Of a DNA stretch of 64,000 nucleotides, positions 37,367 to 49,300 are shown piece by piece. The stretch is from positions 6,574,001 to 6,638,000 of the forward strand of contig NC_087251.1 of NCBI RefSeq assembly GCF_037042905.1, written 5' to 3'. The translations under genes and the position numbers were made by a program. The DNA is from Lytechinus pictus. Taxonomy: Eukaryota. Numbering within the stretch: position 1 is the stretch's first letter; the number at the start of each line of letters is the position of its first letter. The notes beneath the pieces were generated by a model. That model ran no database searches. It worked only from the letters and a program-made list of their open reading frames with translations, and had not been told where the DNA came from.

Positions 37367-40300
37367 GTAAATTATTTTGAAAGAAAGTTCATCAATGATT
37401 AGAAGGAAAAAAACAACTAACTAATTGTTTAGAAATTACAAGTAAAGTTCTAGAATATCCTATATTATCATTTTAAGCTCATGGATATGCATTTATTCAG
37501 CCTTTAACCCTGGAAAATAGCATAGTCACAGATGACCTTTTTTCTGTACTGTGTCAATCAACTGCAACTATATCATGACCTGAATGGAAAAAAATGAGGA
37601 AGTTCCTTCATGGAAACAACGTGCAAATAATGCAATTAATGAGGTAATTTGAATGCCTCTCTAAAGTGCAAAGGTTCTTAGAAGGAAGAAGACTATGTAA
37701 TTAAGTTAACAAATTGAGAGATACTTGTCACAAGCTACTCACTACTTGCCAATTTATGGGATTTATATTTGCCAGACAGTCATATCTTTCTTATTTCTTG
37801 TTCTTTTCTATCACTATTCTGTTTTTCTTATATTCACCATTCATTTTTTCCCCTTGTAAATTCACCTTTCTGTTTTTCCATATCTCTCAAAATCAACTTT
37901 GGATTTTTATCAAACATCTAAAGTATCAATCATGTTGGAATATTCTCCTTATCTTATTTCAGGAATTCCACCAATCCTATTATCTGAAGTTTTCAACTTT
38001 ACAAACCTCCCCCTTGCACAGTATGCAGATAATCCAGCAGAGGTATAGTACAGTTTTATAATCTGATACTTCTGTCACAATATTTTTTTTCATAAGTTAT
38101 CATTGTAGAAGAAGGTAAATATCAGGCCATATTTATTTCATCAGTATTAAAGCACTACCAAGTATCACGGATCATCTTGCATTAGTTTCAGGTCACATGC
38201 CCAAGGTCATTTAGGATCAATGATTTTATTACTTTGCTGTGGTATCAACAATCAATCTCAACCAAGGTTAAGTCAGGCCCAGCGGGGACGGGTGCAATTA
38301 ACTCGGCCAAAAGGCCTGATTTGTTTTGAATTTTTAACTGTTGTCCATGCACGTGGAGACGGATTTCATTTTTTCATGAAAAATTCACTTGCTTTTATTT
38401 TCGCCGTATGTTAACGAAATTTCCTCAAATTTGCAGGACTTTTCCAAAATGATAATATTCTATCCTGTAAAAATGATCTCAAACAATCAAATACATGTAG
38501 TTTTAATTTCTGGCTCACTTTCATTTTCGTTGTCTCCAGAACTTGCTCACAAACTTTTTCCAGACATATCTATACCCTGCATTGAATATTCGTGAGATTC
38601 GCTATGCATATTCATGAGATATATATATATATATATATAGATTCGCATGCCAAGTTTTCGCTGTGCCGAAGACTTATTTTTTGAGAAATCACTGTATGAA
38701 AATGGGGTTCTGACACAAAATAACAGAGTCATTGATACCAGCGAATCCTATTCCCGCGCGCACCATAATGCGAGCCCTATAACACATGGCGTTAGAATTG
38801 ATCATATCGCTAATCAGGGTGCGACATAAGCGCTTGCCCGATTGCCCGGGGCAAGTAAAAGTTAGAGTCGGGCAAGTGTTTTGAAGTAAAGACAAAAACT
38901 ACTTGCCCGAATCGAGCAAGCGGAATTCTCACTGGGAAATGAAATTTTACAAAGTTTCCCCATACTTCACACGCAAAAATACAGACGAGAGAGAGAAAAA
39001 AACAAAGTTAACAACTTCCCTCATTTCAAATTGCAAGCCAGTTTGCGAATTTTTGGTGATCTACACACAAAAACACACACACACAGTCAGCATACATACA
39101 TGTGGCTGGTGCGCCCGGCCTCCCGCCTGTGTGGCAGGCATGCATGGATCTCCATGCTGCTGTGCACACTATCCCCGATCAAACTCCGAATCAAAGTCAA
39201 CAAGCTCACATGATAAATAGTTTTTCCGACAAAATAATCACGAAATCGGCGAGAAATTTTTATACTTATTTGGATTCTCAGATTACTGATTTGGTGATGT
39301 GATCAGAGGAGCAAGTTATTGAGTTTTCATAACTAGTTTCAGCCGTTGTTTTGAGTGTTGTTGTGATCAGTGTAGTGGAAAGAAAATGCGTGCAAGTCCA
39401 CGTTGCCGCGATGATTCATTTGATTTTTAAGTTTGTCAATGTTTCTCTGTGAATTTTATTCATTTCTAAAACATTTATTTTTCCAACAATTTTTAAAATA
39501 TATTTTAAACAAATATCAGCAAGATTTTTGTTAGATGATTGTGCATTTTTTGTATTGTTTCAAATTTGAGCTTTCTTTCTTATTCTTCCCATACTTGCTA
39601 CCTTCCTTCCTTCCTTTCTTTCTTTCTTTCTTTCTTTTCTATCCTTTCTTCATCCTTTCTTCTACCTTTCCTGCTTGCCTTTTTTTGTTCCATCTATCTT
39701 TTTTTTCAATCTTTCCTAGCTTTCTTTCCTGATTTTTTTTTCTCTCTCTGTCCATTTTTCTTTCTTTTCTTCATTTTCTTACATGTACTTTCCTTCTTTT
39801 TTTTTATTTCTTCATTTTTTCTTTCCTCTAATTTTTCTTTGCTTCCTGCTCCCTTCCTCTCCTTTTTCTTTTTGTTCTTTCTTTGTAATTCTCTCGTCAT
39901 TTCATTCTTTCCTTCCACAAAAGTTTCATCCTTTCTTTCTTTATCTATTTTCTTCTTTCCTTCTCTTTTTCCTTATTCTTTCCTTTTTGCTATTTCCTTC
40001 CTTCCTTTCTGTTTTTCCAATTTTTTTCTTCCTTCCTTCCTTCCTTCCTTCCTTCCTATCCTTCCTTCTTTCTTCTTTAGTTATTTTCAGTGATTTCCCT
40101 TTTTATTTTGTGTCACGGTCATATACAAAAGCGCATGAAAATATATGAGAGGGAATATTAATCAAATGGCATATTGATACCAATTTCGGTCATAGGAACT
40201 AAAATAACTTTGAAAAAAATATTACAAGGTACAATAATTCACGTTTAAAAGAGAGGAAAGGGGCAATGGTATATAAAACCGTAGTACTTTCTTTTGAAGC

Positions 40301-43300
40301 GGTAAAATATTATTTTGAAGGATTTTTTTTGGGGCAAGTGAAATGTATTTTCGGGCAAGTATTTTCCAACTATTTAGAAATTCACTTGCCCGACTGGGCA
40401 AGTGCTTCTAAAAAGTTATGTAGCACCCTGCTAATCATACACAATTAAACTGTTCCAATTAGCTATGGGACTCAGCCCTGCAAGCAATCACTAGCCTTTC
40501 TGTTACGGTACGCCCGGGTCTAAGTGTTTACATGCATTTGAACCGTACTTACTGAGCTAGACGAAAGTAAGGTAGGCATAGAAGTTTCCCTTTTTTTCTT
40601 GTTTTAGTATGTCTTTTACTTAATCGACATAAGATTACTGTGATCAGTGATGAAATGAAGCTTACGAAAAGCTACATTTCACTGGTCAACTTGCTTATAC
40701 CTACATGTACGCTGCAAAGCCAAATTCTTGTTAATTTGTCCAATACATTATAGGGATTTCGCACGCTACGTCATGGCAGCTTCACTGCACTGTAGCACTG
40801 CCAGTGACTGCTTCCCCGTCTTCAAACAAACAAAAAAGTGTGTATATGGGACTGAAGTTGGGTAATGACGTCATCGTTTTCAGTGGGCTGACTGGGCGTG
40901 AAAACAAATTCATCGGGTTGAAAATCGCAAGGAGTTGGATTATTTCCAGACATATCCATATCCTGTGTTTATAAGAAGATACTTTTAGTCGATTTGACAT
41001 TTTTCGAACCTAGAAATGTTCTTTCCGATGAAGTTTTTTTCTTGATTTGTGTTCACATGGGGTCCTAGAACAAATTCAGCTTGGTTGCCCAAACGGCAAC
41101 TTTGCTAATTTGCATAAATCCAAAATGGCTGCCATATACCATCTTAAAAACTTAACTGTTTAATCCCTTGCCACAGGATGATGAGGATTGAGGAATACCT
41201 CTTTTTAGGGGTTCTGGAATGCGTAGAATCTATTATCATTTATGCCATATAAAGTTATCTTCAGGCTAAATCAAAGATGGCCACCAGACGCCATCTTGAA
41301 AAATTAAATCTGAACACTTTGCCCCAGGATGATCAGTTATACCTCTTTTTAGGGGTTTTGGGGTGTGAAGAATCAATTCTTATATCTTTTTTGCAATATA
41401 AGGTCATCTTCAGGTTAAATCCATGATGGCTGCCAGGTTGACATCATCTTGAGAAATTAACTTTGAACCCTTTGCCCCAGAATGATGATCAATACCTCTT
41501 TATAGGGTTTGGGGGGTGTGTAGAATCCATTTATGTTAATAATATAGGATCATCTTCATGTCTAATGCAAGATGGCCACCAGATGTCATCTTGGAAACTT
41601 GAGCTTTTGAATCACTTTATCCCAAAGTACTATATAACAGCTCATAATAAGAGGTTTAGGTGGTGTGTAGAATTCATTTCCGTAAGTTTTTTCTCTTTTT
41701 TCAATAGATGGTCGGCTGAATCAGGGTAAATGGCCTATAATGTATAGTACGATGGCTGACAGGCCCAGGCTCGAAATATAATTTCTGAAACAACTTTTCG
41801 GAGACTGATAGGACTCTTTGGAAGGGTTTAAGCAGCTGTAAACACTTCCTTTTCACTTTATATTTGTTGGTGTCTCACAATTTGTCGAACATCTGTCGCG
41901 AAGTTGTATATTTGTACCGCCTATATGTAGTTGGTACAAAAAATGTTTAAATGGCTGTTTTCGACTCGCCTTACGGCTGCCGTAGAGCAAGTGTGACCAA
42001 GGTATAACTTGATCATTCTTAATCCAACTCGCCCTGAAGGTATTCAGGGACATCCTCATCCTCGGGGTCTTCACCATCCTGATCTAACAAGGCTTAAAAC
42101 CTCTTCCTCGACATCCTCCATCTCCACACTTTCGTCATTTCCAGCTTTGACATTGTGACTGACAGTGTATGTATTGCAGCATTCCACTTTACCAGAACTG
42201 TTATAGAATGTCGTACAGGACAAATGCTCTTTGTGGCATCTACATATCTCAGTGCTGCATTTCTTAGCCTGTGACGTACACTGACAGCGAATTACATTGA
42301 TTAGTTCAGGCGGAGTAGGGTCACATTGAGAAATGACAGGAACGGGGATTTTATCTCAGATCTCCCATCCAAAGTGAGCTATATCCGCCGGCTCATCAAC
42401 ATGATCAAGGGGCTGGTACAGATCTACAGCTATCAAATGAGCTCAAAGCGCCTGCAGCAACAGGTTATGAGATGTTGGAAGCAGGGCCATTACTTTAGGA
42501 TTCTTTCTCTTCTTGATGAAGATGGCGAAGCGAGCTGACTCCACCTTTCCAAGTATATTAGCCAAACCTGGACAACCCCTGGCAATTAGTAGTTTGTTTA
42601 GTGCATTTATCTTGCCTTTGCCGTATGCATGATTTCGTGTCGCATCCATGCACTGAAGGCATGAACATGCAAACATTTTGGTCCCAGGTCAACACAGGTT
42701 GAATTGATATCCAGTACTATACCACCTCACCGCTCCATTTGTACCTTGCACTATAGCTCTGCCTTGTAAACCCAATAGACCAAGCAGGACAAAAATGGTC
42801 GTTGTCATCGCTATAAGCACACAAATCACATTCTGACCACAGCTTGCTGCAAGATCATGGTGATATCTACCTCATGAGCAAACACCACCATCTAGTGCCT
42901 CCAATGTGGTATGCTACCCTAGACCATGGACCTATAGGTCCATGCCTAGACTGAAGGTACTCAACACGCTTGGCATCCTCCATTTGTTGTTCGTGCTCTT
43001 CATGATGACATCTCTCATAGGCAGATTACTGGTGATGGATAACTTATAGTCTATAGTAACTTCACCAGCCCTTCGCATTCTCTTATGATCCTTGGCAGAG
43101 ATGCCTTTGTACAAGTCAAAAAGAACACTCTTCTTTTTCCATATGTAACGTCCTTGGGAATTAGGTATGACCAGATCTAAGGGAGGGGCACCATGAGGAA
43201 ATAATAAAAGAGTCGAGATGGAGAATGTCAAGGGAGAGGTTTTTTTAGCCTCGTTTAGATCAGGATGGTAAAGGCAACAAGGAAGATGATGTCCCTGAAT

Positions 43301-46300
43301 ACATTGAGGACGAGTGAAAACTTCTCGAGCTTGCTCTAACTTATTTGAGAAAAATTCTACACACCACTGAAACATTTTATAATGAGCTGTTATATATTTA
43401 CAGTCAGGGATAAGTGGTCATAAGCCCAAGTTTTCAAGATGACATCTGGCGGCCATCTTGAATTAGACCTGAACATGCTGAAGATAATTCTATATTGTAA
43501 AAGTTATAACATCAATGGATTCTACACACCCCAACACCTCTGAAAAGAGGTTTTACTCATCATTCTGGGGCAAGGGGTTCAAATTTAATTTTTCAAGATG
43601 GCGTCTGGCGGCCATCTTGAATTTGACCTGAAGATGACCTTATATGGCAAAAATTATAATAGAAATGGATTCTATACACACCAAAACCCCTAAAAAGAGG
43701 TATTCCTCATCATTTTCCTGCAAGGGGTTCAAAAGTTAGCTTTTTAAGTTGGTATCTGGCGGCCATTTTGGATTTATGCAAATTAGCAAAATTGCCCAAA
43801 GTTGCCGTTTGGGCAACCAAGCTGAACATGTTCGAGGACCCCATAGGAACATGATTCAAGAAAAAAACTTCATCGGAAAGCACATAATTCTAGGTTGGTG
43901 TACTGAGCCTATGGGACTGTCAAATCGACTATTTCTGACATATCTCAGTTTTGTTTATGCCGAAGACCTAACAATGTGAAATTTAAGCGAATTTTTCAAC
44001 TACTTTTTTCATTTTTTTCATGGAGAGTTTTTGACATATTTTTTGCATTGTTACTCCACAAATGAAAAAACTAACTAAATAAACAGTCGAAGTAATCATT
44101 CTTCTTTCCAAAAACATAAACATCACTCAGATTCATGGTCATTTACAAAAATTATTTCAGTTTTGCTGCGACACTCTCTTAGCGGTTTCAGGAAACCCTC
44201 TTGTTAACTTCGAGCATTTTCAAGGTCAACTCAAAACAAAATCAGCTGATAATTGCACCTCTCCACTTTGCCTGAAGTTTTGAAATGATATCATAACATT
44301 GAAAGTATTGGACCTATTGTATGATACTTAGATATAATGATAATCAAGTATCACTTATCATTTTGCACTAGTGTCCGGTCTCATAATTAAGGTCAAAGGT
44401 CAATTAGGGTCCATGCACTTAGTATGAGTGGTGGGTTGTTTTCAAAGTCAGTACTACCGGTGCTATATGGAATTGCGAAGTACATATGTACAGGCAAGAT
44501 TGCCAGAGGCCTTTTACTTGTTTTTTATTTGTGTATTTAAAGAGTAATTAGCTTTGGTTTAAAATAGTTATGGCCAATCCTCAATCTTATAATCTTGATT
44601 TTTATTATTTTAGGGAGCAGCCTCGATTAAAGTACTTTTGGATGTAGCATTACGATCAATTCCATTTAGTCATTGGTCAACAACTCCAGTTGCCTTGAAA
44701 GCGACAGCTGGTCTTAGACTTATTCCAGAGAGGAAGGCTAAAGCTCTTCTAAATGAAGTAAGTATTTAATAATTTGTTACATTTATGTTAAGGAATGAAA
44801 CACTGCAATATTAAAAATAAATAGCATAGTAGGAAAGGGAAGATTATACAAATTATCTACAATGTATTCGGTAAATACAAATGACTATGTCAATGAGTGT
44901 TCATGTCATGAAACATATGTATAATATTCTAAATGGCATCTATATTTCTTAATTCTGTTTGTGCCAAATATGACATTCTGCATTGAATGTAGTAGCAGTA
45001 TTTACTTGGTGTCTTTGCAACGTACAAGGGCTATTGTGTTAGATGATTATCCTGAGCCCCCTCCACCCCCAATGTATCTATCTGCCTGGTATGGGTATGG
45101 TTTGATGTGACTGAGTGTTTTGAGATTTTTATAGCTGCATGTAGAGTTATATATGAATCATTAATCTTGGGTCTTTGAATTAAAACTGAAAAAAAATGCA
45201 TTATTTACTGTTGGTATTTTATAGCTGATAATGTGAGTGTTACAATATTCTTTTGATGTCTAAAAGTGAAATTTTCTCTCCCTTTGAAAATGATGGTACG
45301 GTTAGAATAAATGACTAACTATCTCCTTGCTTCATTACATATTTATGCCTTCAAATTCTTTGAAAAATCAATTTACAATGGATGTAATATCATTTTTTTT
45401 TTATAATGGATGGAATAGGATGTCATATATATTCTTCTATGGTAAGATTGTTTCCATTGATTTATTTTTATTCAGCCTTGTTATTATTGAACCATTTGCT
45501 ACTTTTACTTTCTATTGTATATAGGTTTATGCAATGTTCAAGAGGTCTTCATTTCATGTAGAAACTCCAGAAACCACTGTAGATATTATGAATGGAACAG
45601 ATGAGGGTATTTTTATGTGGGTCACCGTCAATTTTCTCAATCGTAAGTACTTCACATTTTGCTCTGTATTGATAACACATCGTTACAACAGTCTGATCTG
45701 TAGAATACTTATGCAAATATTTGACTGACTGCTTTGGGCTGTTCATTAACCATTTGGCGTCAATAATCAATTTTCTACATTAGTATTTTTCATTGAAATA
45801 TTGATGGCTTCAAATGTTTAAAGGGATGGTCCAGGCTGAAAATATTTATATCTTAATACATAGAGTAGAATTCACTGAGCAAAATGCTGACAATTTTATC
45901 GAAATCAGATAACAAATAATAAAGTTATTGCAGTTTAAAGTTAAGCAATATTTTGTGAAAACAGTCGTCATGAATATTCATTAGGTGGGCTGATGTCATA
46001 TCCCCACTTTCCGTTTTCTTATGTTATTACATAAAATCAAAATTTTTTCATTATTTCATACTTGTGTGAATAATATGTTTCCCTTATAATGAAATAAGTT
46101 GCAGCAATAAATATCTAATGCACTAAATCAGTTGTCAATCCAATTTTTCTAGTTCTTGAATAAAAAAAAATTGAATAAACCTAATTTCATATACAATGTA
46201 ATAAAATACAAAAGAACAAGTGGGGATGTGACATCATCAGCCCACCTAATGAACATTCATGACAACTGTTTTCACAAAATATTGCTAAACTTTAAAATTC

Positions 46301-49300
46301 AATAACTTTGTTATTTTTTATCCGATTTTGATGAAATGAAACTGATGTTTAAATTTTTTTTTTGCAGTACATGGGTACAAATCATTGATTAATGGTACTC
46401 CATTAAAGCACTTCACATGTCATGTGTAATCCAGATAGATTTTGTTTGAGTAATATTATATTTTTGTGCTCAGTCAGAAGTTATGATAATAATAATTGTA
46501 CATTTATATTGTGCAATTTCTATATACATAACTGCGCATTACAGTATGTTATTGTTATTAACCAAGCGTAAGCCGTGCTGCCTACAGGCGCTCAAGCATT
46601 CAAGGAATACTGATACTTATTGAGACTACAGGTTTTTAAGTACATGTAGTATTTTCAGTACACAGAACTTTGAGCATAGCTTACAAATTGTGGGCAAATA
46701 AGTATTTCATTTCTTTTATACTATGTCAGTTATGTTTTGTCAAACTCCTTTTAAAGGTTTCTAAGGGGAAGATATGTTGACTAATTTATCTTATTGTGTT
46801 TTTATAACTTCCCTTTTCCCTTTATTGTTTAATGTAAAACACATGTGAAAGACTTTTTATAATTACAATGTGGTTTATATTTGCTCACATGTTGTGGATT
46901 TTTATGAATTGTTATCATATCATTTTAATTGGAAATCAATTAATTTGACTAAATTGAACTGAACTGAAATCAGCAAAAACTGAAAAACAGTCTTCAGTTC
47001 TCCATATCACACTCGTGTATGATGTTCCCGTGTAGAAGGCAGCAAAGCTCATGTGCTTGTGCAAAATGAGGAAAGAGAACTCAACAAGGTTACTTCCTAG
47101 TTCCTACTTCTGAAGAAAGTGTAAAGCAATGTAAAAAGAAGTGTAGATTTGATATTATATTTTAAAGTTTCATAAACTCGTCTTATGGCATCACCGACAA
47201 TGTTAGTATGTAACACCAGAAGTCATTCACTGCAATTGTATTTTCTGGCTTACTAATGGCAATTTGCATTTGGGTTGGAAAGTCTTGGATCCATTATTTA
47301 GTGGAATTTATTAATCCAAAAGTTTGTTCACTAATCCAGTACATGGGTTATTGTCCATTACAGTTGGATATATTTTTCCAGTTGTGGCTCTTACAATCTG
47401 GAACTCTCTGCCTCTTAGTTTAAGAAGTCATTCTTCTAATAGATCTCCTATCTTTTCATTAAATAGGACTAAGGTCTAATTACTTAAGCAATGTTAAATG
47501 TATGAAGTTAAGTAGTTAAGATCAGAGGTAAATGTATTTTACCCCTTGAAGTTTCAGAATGTATAACCCTTTGAGAAATTACATGTATCAATAGGCATTA
47601 TGAAATATTGAATCATCCTTTAATGTCTTTTTTTTCCATCTTTCAGGTGCACTGATAAGTTCAACCCCAGAAACAAGAGGCACACTGGATATGGGAGGAG
47701 GCTCTACACAAGTCACCTTCTTACCTCGGAACGAAGAAACATTATCTCATGAAATTCATAATACCAACATCAAGACATACCCATTCCTTCATCATCAATA
47801 TAAACTCTACACAAAGAGGTTGGTTTGATCTCAATACATTCTATTTCAATGTGTGAGAGGTGTATGCATTTTGAAAGGAATTAGGATCATCCTAGGATTT
47901 TTTTCCTCCAATTTTGTTTTCAAATTTTATTTTACTGAAATTGCTTATTAATTTCCAGCTATCTAGCTGCTTGATTTACAATTTATGAGCTTAAAAACAA
48001 TAATCCAGAAAATACATGTGTGTGTATATTGATTGAGAGAGAATGCTTTCATGTGTATGAAACTTGTTGTTTATTCATGTGTAACTTCTTCTTATTTCAG
48101 TTTCTTAGGTCTTGGACTAAAAGCTGCAAGACTGGAAATATTAAAACGAGAGAAGGAAAACCCAATCTTTGTAGGATCAAGTGATACTGATCAACTTTCT
48201 GGTGAGCATATAATATTCAAAGGAGCCCACATTACTAGAGAGACAGAAGAAGGAGGGGGGGGGGGAGTTAGAGATCAGATGGGAGCATACTTCAGCAGTT
48301 TAATGATTAATCATAATAATAAATAAACATGTATAGTGAACCTGGAGATGATATTAGGTAGCTGAATTTCATCTTGATTGATTTGTTCTTCAGTTAATCA
48401 ATTTAACTAGTAATATTTGTATTGCACAATATTTCTATTTGATCATTTACTGATGTCTGATTCTCTGTCTCTTCTTTTCTTTATGTCATCAGCAGGCTCA
48501 GAAGAGTTTACCAGTGCATGTCTTCCTCCATTCACATCAGGGACATGGGACTTTGGAGGCAATATGTACTCAGTATCATCATCAAATATACATTCTGAAA
48601 ATATATATGACAACTGTTTGAGTGTGGTTAAAGCCTTTATAGAAGATGCTGTCATAGTACCAACAGAAATGCAAGAAAGCTCTTCCTTTTATGCCTTGTC
48701 TTACTTCTGGGAGAGAGCTGCAGAGATTGAAAAAGTTGGTAAGTTGAAGCCTCAGTATTTGTAGAAGTAGTATTTCCCAAATATAATTTTTCAAATATAA
48801 TTCAAAGGTAGCGCCTGATAATGAAATCTGTCAACCAGACTACATTATTTTTGGCCTGGTATGACCATTCAAACCGTTCACCTTATTGGATCATGTATTA
48901 GGAACATACAGGCCCGCTTGCCATCGAGTCTAGAACGCAGCTTCCGTGACAATGTGCTGTCTTGAATGAAGTTAGACCAACCTTAAAATCATACAGAATA
49001 CATTAGAAGATGGAGGGGATATTATACTGAGCCTTTTAACTTCTATTGAATCAATATTGTTTGGCTTAATGCTGTAAAAAAGAAAATGCATCAAAATTTG
49101 AAATCAAGATTGTCTTTTTTCTACACAAATTGGCAAATTCCTAACTTTCAAAGACATTCTTATTTCTTTATCTATCAACCCTTATTAATTTTGAATACAG
49201 ATATTTTAAGGTGAAAATGATATTAAACTTGAAAAATAATACTGATGTTGCCAATTCAAAGAATAAAAGCTGATCAATTAAGACTATTAAACACATTAAA

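Larger units (their letters stand above)
38274..44274. mobile_element. Unclassified TIR element (~1.4 kb without its two nested inserts), 4-bp TSD
   Basis: Imperfect TIRs CAGGC..GGTGCAATTA / TAATTGCACC..GCCTG; AAGT at 38270-38273 and 44275-44278; splits a HINE copy. Confidence 0.65.

Noticed and set aside
46480..47500. Old LINE/SINE 3' fragments (IWNSLP-like stretch near 47395, (TGAAC)n and (AAT)n tails; similar tail at 20650-20760)
   Set aside because: Plausible but too degraded to delimit or classify by eye.
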